Shown one piece after another: positions 28,956 to 38,264 of a stretch of 64,000 bases of DNA. Made by a program: the position numbers and the translations under genes. How positions within the stretch are numbered: position 1 is the first letter of the stretch; each line of letters starts with the position of its first letter. The stretch is from Candidatus Hydrogenedentota bacterium. GTDB lineage: Bacteria > Hydrogenedentota > Hydrogenedentia > Hydrogenedentales > SLHB01. The notes beneath the pieces are model-generated. The model was not told the DNA's origin. It worked only from the letters and a program-made list of their open reading frames with translations, and made no database searches. Where the stretch lies: contig CAXXTH010000017.1 of the NCBI GenBank assembly GCA_963668025.2, forward strand, positions 320,001-384,000. The letters are read 5' to 3'.

Positions 28956-29396
28956 ATTGCTGTGCTGCCATTACCCGCCCCGTAGGAATGGTAACACTTT
29001 AGCCAACTGAAGCAGCATCTGATAATTGGCGGCCTTGTTTATTCCCTTTCGCCGGTATTGATACATCATTTTGCATCTGACGACCGACGAGGGCGTCGGT
29101 CCCACACTTTTTAATGCAATCAAATTGTGAGACCGGCGCCCTCGCCGGTCATTCTACACCAATTGGCTAACTGGACGGATGTTGCGTGGAGGCGAGGGGT
29201 GAGCCGTGATAGGCCGTTTTCCCCATTGGCGCAACCTATATGCATCGAGCTCTCATGGCGAAAACGGGCTTGCTTGAAGACATGGCCCATCATTTTCGCG
29301 CCATTTCCTTGATCCGCCGGGTGCGCCTATATCACAATTGAAGCAGATGTTTGCCTGGACGCGATTGGCGCGGCCGATGGCGTCTTGGAGAATGGC

Positions 29397-30428
29397 ATGA
29401 AGGCTGTCCAATGGTTCGCACCGCATGATATGCGGCTGGCGAATATTCCTAAACCTGCGCCCAAACCTCATGAAGCCTTGATTCGTATCGAATCCACTGG
29501 CGTGTGCGGCTCGGACATGCATTATTTCGGAGAAGGCCGAATCGGCAAAACCGCGATCTCGGAGCCGTTGATCCTGGGCCATGAATATGCCGGTATCGTG
29601 GAATCGGTGGGTCCGGACGCGGATCCCTCTCTAATCGGCAAGCGCGTGGCCGTCGAGCCGGGCATTCCCTGTGGGGAATGCGAATATTGCCGCAAGGGAC
29701 TCTATAACGTATGCCCGCAACTCCAATTTCCCGGCGGGCCACCGTATGACGGCGCGCTGGCCGAGTATATCGCCGTGCATGCGGGCTTTTGTTTTCCGGT
29801 GCCCGAAAACATGAGCGCTGGCGAGGCCGCCTTGATTGAGCCCCTCGCGGTGGCGGTCCACACCATCGAATTGGCTTGCCTGCGCCCCGGCGACACGGTG
29901 GCCGTGCTCGGGTTAGGGCCTATCGGCCTCATGGCGGCGAAGGTGGCCCAATTGTCCGGCGCGCAATGCATTTACGGCACGGACCTGTACGACTACCGCG
30001 TCGAGGCGTCCACCCATTGGGGCGTGGATGCCGCATTCAATGCCAGCCTGGTGGATACCGTGGAGGCGATTATGGACGCAACCCACGGGCGCGGCGTGGA
30101 TGTAGCCCTCGATTGCGCCCGCTCCGTCGAGACGCCCGGGCTTGCGTGCCGCATCTTGCGCGGCGCGGGACGGGGCGTGCTCACGGGCATTTCCGGCGAA
30201 TCCGAAGGCGTATTCCCCGTGGACATATGCCGCCGAAAGGGGCTTACGGTCACCTGGTGCCGCCGGTTCCGGTTCAGCTTTCCCGCCGCCCTCCATCTCG
30301 CCGCGACCAAGAAGGTGGACCTTCGCGCGCTCATTACCCATGCCTTTCCGCTGGAACGTTCCAATGAGGCCTTCGAACTGGTGTATGCCTATGCGGATAA
30401 CGTATTGAAGGTCTCGATAGACCAGTGA
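29397..30428 (+). CDS. Zn-dependent alcohol dehydrogenase (sorbitol/iditol-like)
   Basis: GVCGSD, GHE, CGECEYC...C and GLGPIG motifs. Confidence 0.92.
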   Translation: MKAVQWFAPHDMRLANIPKPAPKPHEALIRIESTGVCGSDMHYFGEGRIGKTAISEPLILGHEYAGIVESVGPDADPSLIGKRVAVEPGIPCGECEYCRKGLYNVCPQLQFPGGPPYDGALAEYIAVHAGFCFPVPENMSAGEAALIEPLAVAVHTIELACLRPGDTVAVLGLGPIGLMAAKVAQLSGAQCIYGTDLYDYRVEASTHWGVDAAFNASLVDTVEAIMDATHGRGVDVALDCARSVETPGLACRILRGAGRGVLTGISGESEGVFPVDICRRKGLTVTWCRRFRFSFPAALHLAATKKVDLRALITHAFPLERSNEAFELVYAYADNVLKVSIDQ

Positions 30429-31816
30429 TGGAATTACCCCAGCCGCCGCCATTGCCAACGCTCGCAGAGCCTCCCAGGCCCCGCTTCTACCCCTTCTGGG
30501 TAGGCGTGGCGCTGCTGGCGCTGGGCGTTATGGCCCTCGCCGTGGGTGCGGCAATGGACATGCAAGCCTTTGCGGGCAATCCATGGCGCGACGCCGTCCT
30601 CGTATCGGGTGAACAGCCGCCGTGGGAGGGCATGCGTCCGGGCCGTTTACGCCCCATCCTGCACGAAGAAATGCGCGTGTTCGATGAAGCGCTACGTGCG
30701 GAGCCTGACGGTGCGCAATATGCAAACGCGCTCCAGCTTATGCATTATGAAGACGTGCTGTTGCTGGACCTTACGCCGGACGAATGGAAGACGCTGCTAG
30801 GTGGCGGGCCGGTTCCGCAGTCCGGGGCATTTGAAGCGGCGGCAGGTGTGTGGTGCCGCTCCAATTCATTTACGCTCGATGGGCAAGTGTTCCAAGCCAC
30901 AAGCCGCATCCCCCGGGAAACACCCTTTCTGGCGTTTACCTATGTGTTGCCATTCTCACCAGACACCGCCCGTTTTTTCGCGGATGAGGCTGGGGGCGAA
31001 ACCGTTTGGCTAGACTTGCAGGGCCGCCAGCGGTTGGAGGCCCTCTCCGCAACTGAACAAGGGGCCATCGAATCCCACCTCGCCATTAGCCCCGCACCCG
31101 CGCCTTCCGGAGCGGTTCGATGGGCCATTTCCGGCATGGCCCTTGCCGCGCTGGGCGGTTCTTTGGCATGGCTCACCCTATTCCGCCGCATACCAGCGAA
31201 ACGGCTTCGCATTTGGGGAGCGGTCTTCCAAGATATGCAAGCATTTCCCCGGCTGTTCCAGGGGCTTCATGTCATGCTATATGGTGTTTTTTTCGCAAGC
31301 ATGCTCCTTGCCTGCCAGTTTCCCCTCTGGAATTGCCGGGCCGGCGCACTCATGAAAAGCATGTTTGTGAAAGGCGATCTGGCATTCATCGGACAAGCAT
31401 ATGCCGCAGGCGATATCGTGCGCGCCGCCGTGGCGACATGGCTCTGGAATTATGGCGCCGCGACATTGGGCCTGTCGCTGCTGCCTTCACTTGTCATTCC
31501 TTGCTGGGGATTACTGAAAAACCTCGCCTCATTCGCGGTGGTGGGATTTGCCATGCCGCCCATTTGGAGCGGCTCGATCGCCCCGATGACGTACCACATC
31601 GGCACAATGGTTTTGGAGCTGGAAGGGTATATTCTCGTGAGTTTCATGGCCGTGGCGTATGTCATCCACGGATACCGCCTCATTCAGGATGGACATGTTA
31701 AAGCCCATGGCCTGCATGCTTTGGCGATGATGGCCGACGGTGCGGCGCTTATCGGAATCATCCTCGCCTTAGCGGCAGTATATGAAGCCGTTACGCTGAT
31801 CCTGTTTCATTTTTAG
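30425..31816 (+). CDS. Multi-pass membrane protein (SpoIIM-like C-terminus)
   Basis: Several TM segments; ...HIGTMVLELEGY...LAAVYEA pattern. Confidence 0.6.
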   Translation: MMELPQPPPLPTLAEPPRPRFYPFWVGVALLALGVMALAVGAAMDMQAFAGNPWRDAVLVSGEQPPWEGMRPGRLRPILHEEMRVFDEALRAEPDGAQYANALQLMHYEDVLLLDLTPDEWKTLLGGGPVPQSGAFEAAAGVWCRSNSFTLDGQVFQATSRIPRETPFLAFTYVLPFSPDTARFFADEAGGETVWLDLQGRQRLEALSATEQGAIESHLAISPAPAPSGAVRWAISGMALAALGGSLAWLTLFRRIPAKRLRIWGAVFQDMQAFPRLFQGLHVMLYGVFFASMLLACQFPLWNCRAGALMKSMFVKGDLAFIGQAYAAGDIVRAAVATWLWNYGAATLGLSLLPSLVIPCWGLLKNLASFAVVGFAMPPIWSGSIAPMTYHIGTMVLELEGYILVSFMAVAYVIHGYRLIQDGHVKAHGLHALAMMADGAALIGIILALAAVYEAVTLILFHF

Positions 31817-31843
31817 CCGCTCGAGTGGGCGGGCCAGCGCCTC

Positions 31844-32320
31844 TTATCCTGTTTTGATTTCGATGGTGCGCGCTTGAGCTGACGACACTTTCGGCAGGCG
31901 GACGCGTAATATGCCGTCCTTGAACGTCGCTTCGGATTGGCTGGGGTCCACTTCACAGGGAAGCGGAATCACCCGGTGGAAAGCGCCATAATTGCACTCC
32001 GAGTAAAAGTAACGCCGCTCTTGCTTCTCGTGGGCGGACTTTTTCTCTCCATGGATAAGGAGCCGGTGAGACTCCAGTTCCACTTTAAAATCGTTTACAG
32101 CCAGTCCCGGCATTTCGGCCATGACCAGTATTTCGGAAGGGGTTTCTTCGATTTCCACCACGGGGCCGCCTTGCGCCTGAAAGGAAGAAAACCAAGCGCT
32201 CTGTCCGAAGGGCTCCTCTTGTACGGTCCGGCCATGAGCGTAGCGGTCGAACACCGACAGCAGCCGCCCCCGGAGTTCATCAACCGATTCGCGCACGGTA
32301 TGGGGAACAAGCGAATGCAT
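31844..32320 (-). CDS. Hsp20/alpha-crystallin small heat-shock protein
   Basis: AEMPGL, YGAFHRVIPLP and ATFKDGILRVRLPK motifs. Confidence 0.92.
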   Translation of the reverse strand: MHSLVPHTVRESVDELRGRLLSVFDRYAHGRTVQEEPFGQSAWFSSFQAQGGPVVEIEETPSEILVMAEMPGLAVNDFKVELESHRLLIHGEKKSAHEKQERRYFYSECNYGAFHRVIPLPCEVDPSQSEATFKDGILRVRLPKVSSAQARTIEIKTG

Positions 32321-32578
32321 GGATTCCGCGCCTCCTTGGGTTATTTCATCTGTACATACTTTCCCTTTTAAGGAGACAACGGAAAAGCAGGCTTCTATTC
32401 CAGGAGGTTTCGGAAAAACAGCGGCTCAACGGGTAAAAAAAACTGTGAGTGCCTGCTTATAGGCAAGGACCTGAGAGACATTGCGCTGAAATGACTATCA
32501 TCGGGAAACGAGAGTCAGCAGACACCCACAATTATAAATTATACTTTTTTATTCACATGGAATCAAACGCTTTCCTTC

Positions 32579-32676
32579 AGCCTGGAGCGCCCCTGGCGGG
32601 TGTCCATGCTACACCACGTATTCGCGTTCATTCGCGGTTTCTCAAGTTTATCCACCTTGTTGCGGTTATGCCGCGT
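32579..32676. repeat. Composite intergenic repeat (REP-like unit + ATTCGCG unit + GTTGCGGTTATGCCGC unit)
   Basis: Modules recur at 45522-45592, 48514-48545 and 34664-34680. Confidence 0.55.
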
Positions 32677-33080
32677 CAAGATTTCACTTGCTCCTGCTCT
32701 GCCCGCCATTTGCGGTATTTACCGATGTCCAGCCGCACCAAAGACAGACAAGCGGTGATGGCCGTCGCGTCGTCGATCAGTCCCACTATGGGCAGAAAAT
32801 CCGGGATAAAATCCAGCGGGCTTAATACGTAGAGCAGCGCCGCCACAATGGCGGCGATGGAGCCAAAGGGGACTTCCGTATAGCTTCTTTTCCAATAATC
32901 CGAAACCATGCAAAACATATCGCGAATATCTCCGAGCATCTTAAGCAATGAGCCGGAGTGCGCCTTTTTCATAATCTTGTCTTCATTTTTAACGACCTTT
33001 TTGATGTCATCTTCTTTTATCCTTTTAGACCGCTCCTCGATGATCTTTTCACCATCTTCAACGGTATATTTGGCGCTCAT
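32676..33080 (-). CDS. YkvA/DUF1232 family protein
   Basis: LLYVLSPLDFIPDFLPIVGLIDD motif. Confidence 0.9.
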   Translation of the reverse strand: MSAKYTVEDGEKIIEERSKRIKEDDIKKVVKNEDKIMKKAHSGSLLKMLGDIRDMFCMVSDYWKRSYTEVPFGSIAAIVAALLYVLSPLDFIPDFLPIVGLIDDATAITACLSLVRLDIGKYRKWRAEQEQVKS

Positions 33081-33086
33081 ATCATC

Positions 33087-33974
33087 TCATTCTCCCTGTT
33101 GTGTGTCTTTTCCTGCATCCAACAGGCTGGCCATTTGGGCTTCGAGGGTTTGGATGCGGCGTTCCAAGGCTTCGCTGGGGCGTTCATGCTGGATGCGGTG
33201 GGCGAGGCGTTCAGCCATGAGGTCATCTTGGATGAAGAGGCGGTCGGCCCAGACTTTCAAGAGGGTGGCGAGATAGCGGCGGCCCATTTGGCCGATGCTG
33301 AGGCTCGACATGCCCCACGTGCGGCCATACCACGCGATGGGGATCTCGATGATGTTGTAGTTGCGGATGAGGGCGCTGAGGCTCATTTCGATGGTGATGT
33401 TGAAATGGCTCGCGCGGTAGGGGCCGCATTCCTCGATCACATGGGTGCGGTAGGCCTTGAACGCGTTGGTGAGGTCGTTGAACCGGCTCCAGAACAGGAA
33501 CTGGACCATGCGGTTGACGATGCGATTGGCCACGAGCTTGACGATAGGGTATTTGGACACTTTCGAGCCGTGGCGGAACCGGGAGCCGAAGACGCAGTCG
33601 TAGCCCTCCTCGATCTTGGCGTAATAGCGCAGCGCGTCCTGGGGGTCGTCGGACTGGTCGGCCATGTAGATGATGACGAGGTCGCCGGTGACGAGGTCGA
33701 GGCCCGAGCGGATGGCGCGGCCGAATCCGCCGGGGGGCGTGCGGTCGATGGTGCGGATGTGGGGATTCTCCGCCATGAGGCGCTGGATCACCTGGGGCGT
33801 GCCGTCGCTGCTGTTGTCGTTGACGAGGATGAGTTCGTAGGGTATTTCGTTCGGTTCGAGGACGCGGACCAGTTCACCCACGGTGTTTTCGATGTTCTTT
33901 TCCTCGTTGCGCGAAGGAATCACGAACGAGGCCTTGAGGTGGTGCTTTTGGTTGGACATGGCGTACATCTCCAT
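33087..33974 (-). CDS. Glycosyltransferase family 2 (polyprenol-phosphate type)
   Basis: SFVIPSRNEE, VNDNSSDGT, MADQSD, FGSRF and DLTNAFKAY motifs. Confidence 0.9.
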   Translation of the reverse strand: MEMYAMSNQKHHLKASFVIPSRNEEKNIENTVGELVRVLEPNEIPYELILVNDNSSDGTPQVIQRLMAENPHIRTIDRTPPGGFGRAIRSGLDLVTGDLVIIYMADQSDDPQDALRYYAKIEEGYDCVFGSRFRHGSKVSKYPIVKLVANRIVNRMVQFLFWSRFNDLTNAFKAYRTHVIEECGPYRASHFNITIEMSLSALIRNYNIIEIPIAWYGRTWGMSSLSIGQMGRRYLATLLKVWADRLFIQDDLMAERLAHRIQHERPSEALERRIQTLEAQMASLLDAGKDTQQGE

Positions 33975-33975
33975 A

Positions 33976-34545
33976 TTAGAGCGCGTAAAGAAACGGCGAC
34001 AATATCGAGGCCGATCCGCTCACGAGCATAAGCAGCCCAAGCAGCACGAGTGCGAGGACCACCGGGGCGAGCCAGAACAGCTTGCGCGCCCATAAAAAAG
34101 CCCCCAATTCGATCAGCGCATTACGGTGTCCGGACGCGCCGTCCGTCTGCGACTCAGCAGGCTCCCAATAGGTGGGCGCATCGGGCTTCCACCGGCGCTT
34201 GAGCGGATCTTTGCCGAGTAAAGACATCACCGCGCCCATGGGCGTGATAAGCCCATAGAACACCACGGCCAGCGTAGCGCGTGTCATGAACCAATTCAAG
34301 GCGAGGGCGAGCTTGAGCCAGCCCGCGAGCAACGGCATCAGGAGGCCAGGCGTGGCGAGTCCCGCAAGGGCCATGAGCGCGGCTATGTCGATGAAGAGCC
34401 ATGGAGGGCCGCCCATTTCGCCGGCGCGCCAACTGTGGAAGCCCCACCGTAGCAGGCCCAGCACCGCAACTGCCGCTGCCATGACAAGTCCGAACCGGCG
34501 CTGTTCGCGGCGGCTATGGATGTCTATTTCGTCAAACGTGTCCAT
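33976..34545 (-). CDS. SxtJ-like membrane protein fused to an SxtK/DUF5989-like peptide
   Basis: RRFGL...W.KLA..L.W...FY..ITP.G......KDPL...YW (SxtJ) followed by FLWARKLFWLAP...SPFLYAL (DUF5989). Confidence 0.8.
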   Translation of the reverse strand: MDTFDEIDIHSRREQRRFGLVMAAAVAVLGLLRWGFHSWRAGEMGGPPWLFIDIAALMALAGLATPGLLMPLLAGWLKLALALNWFMTRATLAVVFYGLITPMGAVMSLLGKDPLKRRWKPDAPTYWEPAESQTDGASGHRNALIELGAFLWARKLFWLAPVVLALVLLGLLMLVSGSASILSPFLYAL

Positions 34546-34663
34546 ACCGTTCTATTGTTCCACCTCTTTCGATTCCGGTGAATCTCGGGCTATACCGAGG
34601 ATATTGTATAGATTGAATCACACATTTGTCTTTTCTATTTCAAATATTATGGATCCTCGTAGT

Positions 34664-34819
34664 GCAGCATAACCGCAACCAAAGATCCAGATTTCACCAC
34701 GAAATACACGAAACACACTAAAATCTGAAGCTTTGAGAAAGTCCTCCACATAAATATTGCGCTTAAACACGACAATAAGCTGAGTCACTTTAGTGTATTT
34801 CGTGTATTTAGTGGTAAAA
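34664..34819. repeat. Long imperfect inverted repeat of 9-nt-periodic units
   Basis: 34692-34722 TTTCACCACGAAATACACGAAACACACTAAA pairs with 34789-34819 (28/31); preceded by GCAGCATAACCGCAACC. Confidence 0.8.
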
Positions 34820-34971
34820 AAGAGCTTCTTATGGCCGAATTACGATATAAGGAGGAGGTCTTCGCCATCCCTTGCTAATTTCGGCCATCACCCAACGGTG
34901 GCTATCCATGTCGATAAACTTTCATACGCTGATTCTCCCATCCGCATACCCAAATCCAATGCAATATGCCT

Positions 34972-36783
34972 TTAGTCCAGTTCCAGCGATTCCCGCCAGG
35001 CGTCATCGCGGGGCCAAGGCTCCTGGAGTTCTTTATCCAGCAGAAACGAGCCCATGGCCAGGTAATCCATGTCCGTGCGCATGAAGCACGCATAGGCCTC
35101 GGCGGGCGTGCAAACAATGGGTTCGCCGCGCACGTTAAACGAGGTGTTGATCACAAGGGGGCAGCCCGTGCGCGCGTGAAATGCGGTGATGAGCCGGTGG
35201 TAGAGCGGGTTGTCCGCCGCATCGACGGTTTGAATGCGGGCCGAATTGTCCACGTGCGTCACGGCGGGGATTTCCGAACGCGCCACACGCAGTTTGCCGA
35301 AGCCTTCGGCCTGCTGCTCTTCGGGCGACAAAGCGCGCAGCCGGTCTGCCCGCACGGAAGCCACGAGGAGCATGTAGGGGCTGTCGCACGGCAGCTCGAA
35401 ATATTCCGCCGCGTGTTCGCGCAGCACCGAGGGCGCGAAGGGGCGGAAGGATTCGCGGAACTTTATTTTAAGGTTGAGTTTCGACTGCATTTCCGGCGCG
35501 CGGGGGTCGGCGAGGATACTGCGTGAGCCCAATGCCCGGGGGCCAAATTCCATGCGCCCCTGGAACCAGCCCACGATTTTCCACCGCGCCAGCAGTTCGG
35601 CCACGAGGCGGCACATTTCGCCTTCTTCCAGCCGTTCATAGGGAATTTTGTACGCATCGAGATACGACTGGATGATCTCATCCGAAAAACTGGGGCCGAG
35701 GTACGAGCCTTGCTGTGTACGCGCGCTGGGCGTGCGCGGATGGCCGAGCAATTGATGCCATGCAAACAGGGCGCACCCGAGGGCATTGCCCGCGTCGCCT
35801 GCGGCGGGTTGAATCCACATGCGCTCGAAGGGGCCTTCACGCAATATACGGCCATTGGCGACGCAGTTTAGCGCCACGCCGCCCGCTAGGACAAGATTGC
35901 GCTGGCCGGTCTCCGCGTGGGCCGTCCTCGCCAAACGAAGTACGATGTCCTCGAGCACCACTTGGATGGAACTCGCCAGGTCCATTTCACGCTGGGTGAT
36001 GGGCGATTCGGGCGTACGGGGCGGGCCGCCGAAGAGGTCCGCGAAACGGCGGTTGGTCATGCGCAAGCCCGCGCAATAGTCGAAATACTCCATATTTAGC
36101 CGGTACGAACCGTCGTCCTTGATGTCGGCCAGTTCGCGGCGGATCACGTCCTCGAAACGTGGCTCACCATATGGCGCGAGGCCCATCAGCTTGTATTCGC
36201 CGCTGTTCACGCGGAAACCGGTGAAGTACGTGAAGGCCGAATACAGCAAGCCGAGGGAATGGGGGAACGGGATCTCCTTGGTTAGCTCGATATGATTGCC
36301 CTTGCCGATGCCCTGCGTGGTGGTGGCCCATTCACCCACGCCGTCGAGGGTCAGGATCGCCGCTTCCTCGAAGGGACTCGGGAAAAACGCGGCGGTGGCA
36401 TGGGATTCGTGGTGGGCGCAAAACAGCACTTCGCCGCGATAGCCCAAGGCCCGCCGCAAGGTCCGGCGCATAAACAGCTTATCCTTGAGCCAAGGCGGCA
36501 TCTGCTCCCAGAACGACTGGATGCCCTTCGGGGCCATGGCCAGGTAGGTCATGAGAAGCCGTTCAAATTTGAGAAACGGCTTGTCATAAAAGGCCACGTA
36601 ATCGATGTCATTTATGGTGATGCCGCCCGCCTCGAGACAATACGCCACCGCATGATAGGGAAAGCCAGGGTCATGCTTTTTGCGGGTGAACCGTTCTTCC
36701 TGTGCGGCGGCCACAATCGTGCCATCGCGCAGCAGGCATGCGGCGCTATCGTGGTAAAACGCAGATATGCCAAGTATATACAT
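34972..36783 (-). CDS. O-carbamoyltransferase (NodU/CmcH/SxtI family)
   Basis: ILGISAFYHDSAA, QEERFTRKKHD, HHESHA, DGVGE, GEYKLMGLAPYG, EFGPRALG and NTSFN motifs. Confidence 0.95.
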   Translation of the reverse strand: MYILGISAFYHDSAACLLRDGTIVAAAQEERFTRKKHDPGFPYHAVAYCLEAGGITINDIDYVAFYDKPFLKFERLLMTYLAMAPKGIQSFWEQMPPWLKDKLFMRRTLRRALGYRGEVLFCAHHESHATAAFFPSPFEEAAILTLDGVGEWATTTQGIGKGNHIELTKEIPFPHSLGLLYSAFTYFTGFRVNSGEYKLMGLAPYGEPRFEDVIRRELADIKDDGSYRLNMEYFDYCAGLRMTNRRFADLFGGPPRTPESPITQREMDLASSIQVVLEDIVLRLARTAHAETGQRNLVLAGGVALNCVANGRILREGPFERMWIQPAAGDAGNALGCALFAWHQLLGHPRTPSARTQQGSYLGPSFSDEIIQSYLDAYKIPYERLEEGEMCRLVAELLARWKIVGWFQGRMEFGPRALGSRSILADPRAPEMQSKLNLKIKFRESFRPFAPSVLREHAAEYFELPCDSPYMLLVASVRADRLRALSPEEQQAEGFGKLRVARSEIPAVTHVDNSARIQTVDAADNPLYHRLITAFHARTGCPLVINTSFNVRGEPIVCTPAEAYACFMRTDMDYLAMGSFLLDKELQEPWPRDDAWRESLELD

Positions 36784-36858
36784 GGACTATCCTTGCTCAA
36801 CAGGACGAATAACGGCCCTTCGTTGCGCCAGTGTGCCCCATATAGCCCCTAAAAGCAA

Positions 36859-36894
36859 GGAACCTCTCACCCGTTTCCGGTAGTGAGAGGTTCC
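36859..36894 (-). terminator. Intrinsic terminator after rplL
   Basis: 12-bp stem GGAACCTCTCAC/GTGAGAGGTTCC followed on the minus strand by TTGCTTTT. Confidence 0.7.
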
Positions 36895-36917
36895 CATGCA
36901 ATAGGGCGAACGACGGA

Positions 36918-37310
36918 TCATTTGCCTTTAAGTTCGATAGTAGCGCCGACGGCCTCGAGCTTCTCTTTGATCTCTTTGGCCTCTTCTTCGGTCGCGCCTT
37001 CTTTAACGGCCTTAGGAGCGCCGTCAACCAGATCCTTGGCTTCTTTCAAGCCAAGGCCGGTCATCGCACGCACTTCCTTGATGACCTGGATCTTCTGCGA
37101 ACCAACGTCTTTCAGGATCACGTCGAACTCGGTGGGGCCTTCATCTTCGACGGGCGCGGCAGCGCCGGCCATCGGCATCATGCCGCCCATCATCATGGGG
37201 GCCGCAGCCGTTACACCGAACTTCTCTTCAAACATCTTCACCAATTCGCTGATCTCGAGCACGCTCAGCTCGGACACGCTCTGTACGATGGCTTCTAATT
37301 TCTCCGACAT
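36918..37310 (-). CDS. rplL: 50S ribosomal protein L7/L12
   Basis: [37 protein letters not shown] and [11 protein letters not shown]. Confidence 0.98.
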   Translation of the reverse strand: MSEKLEAIVQSVSELSVLEISELVKMFEEKFGVTAAAPMMMGGMMPMAGAAAPVEDEGPTEFDVILKDVGSQKIQVIKEVRAMTGLGLKEAKDLVDGAPKAVKEGATEEEAKEIKEKLEAVGATIELKGK

Positions 37311-37344
37311 GGCATATATCTCCAATTCCTGTTATAGGGCCGTG

Positions 37345-37872
37345 TTAGGCCGCTTGGGTTTCTTCTTTTTTCTTGCGGATTTGATCCAGCACGTTCACGA
37401 AATCGCGATTCGGCGCGTTGATAACGCTGACGAAATTGCGCAGCGGCATCGAAATGACGCCCACCAACTGGCCCAACAGGGCTTCGCGCGAAGGCAAGCT
37501 CGCCAGGGCGTCTAACTGCTCTTTCGAGATCACTACTCCCTCGAGAACGCCGCCCGCCATGGACACCTTCTCGACTTCTTTATTGTATTCCTTGAGCACT
37601 TTGGCGGGAGCGACCGGATCCGCACAGAAGGCCCATGCCGTCGGGCCCTCGAGATATTTCACCGCACCCGACAAGCCCAATTCATCCAGCGCACGCTTCA
37701 CCAGCGTGTTTTTATACACCTTGAGCAGGACGTTTTCGTCGCGCAGTTTCTTGCGCAAGACCGTGGACTGCAAGGCATTGATGCCGATGAAGCGCGTGGC
37801 GATAGCCACCTTGCTTTGTTGCAGCCGATCCTTAAACTCCTGAATGGCTTGTTCTTTTTCTTGCGTCGGCAA
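37345..37872 (-). CDS. rplJ: 50S ribosomal protein L10
   Basis: LRKKLR, KVYKNTL, GPTA and LASLPSRE motifs. The TTG start (MPTQEK) fits the GGAGGT RBS spacing better than the ATG at 37878. Confidence 0.96.
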   Translation of the reverse strand: MPTQEKEQAIQEFKDRLQQSKVAIATRFIGINALQSTVLRKKLRDENVLLKVYKNTLVKRALDELGLSGAVKYLEGPTAWAFCADPVAPAKVLKEYNKEVEKVSMAGGVLEGVVISKEQLDALASLPSREALLGQLVGVISMPLRNFVSVINAPNRDFVNVLDQIRKKKEETQAA

Positions 37873-37901
37873 TTGCATTCACCTCCCTTCGGCCTGCACA
37901 T

Positions 37902-38020
37902 AAAAAAACCGCACCGTCTGAAGACAGTGCGGGACAGATCACAGTTGTGTATATCCGTCCGTGCTCCCAGTCTCGGCAGGCAGAGATTAAGGCCTATAGG
38001 CCGCCGGCTGTCTTCGACGT
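37902..38020 (-). promoter_or_regulatory. L10 leader with terminator/antiterminator
   Basis: GAAGACAGCCGGCG...TTAAT..CCTGCCGAG L10-binding mimic; terminator CCGCACTGTC-TTCA-GACGGTGCGG-T7 at 37902-37932. Confidence 0.85.
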
Positions 38021-38264
38021 GAACATCGGATGACCGATTTATGAGGAAACCTTATCAAATCCAAAACTAGAAAGTCAAGAAATCAACATCGCTTGCAGCG
38101 GTGAAGAATAGCGGCGCCCCAGGGTCAGGCGTTGAGGTGATGCGGGTTAGACGGGGGGTGGCGAGGCCGACAGGCGACAGGAGGGGCAGCGGCTGTGCGT
38201 AAAGCCGGTGAATGGATGGGCGAGACGTGTAGGGCGGCGGCGCAACCGGGAACGCGCGGGCGCC

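Noticed and set aside
29085-29160. Two hairpins upstream of the dehydrogenase as a riboswitch
   Set aside because: No recognisable aptamer consensus; an Rfam scan would be needed.
32958-34031. Long antisense ORFs (also 38604..40373, 49034..50236, 1081..2055)
   Set aside because: Shadows of high-GC genes on the opposite strand, with no motifs of their own.
33976-36783. Saxitoxin biosynthesis
   Set aside because: Only the widespread sxtIJK-like genes are present; no sxtA or sxtG.
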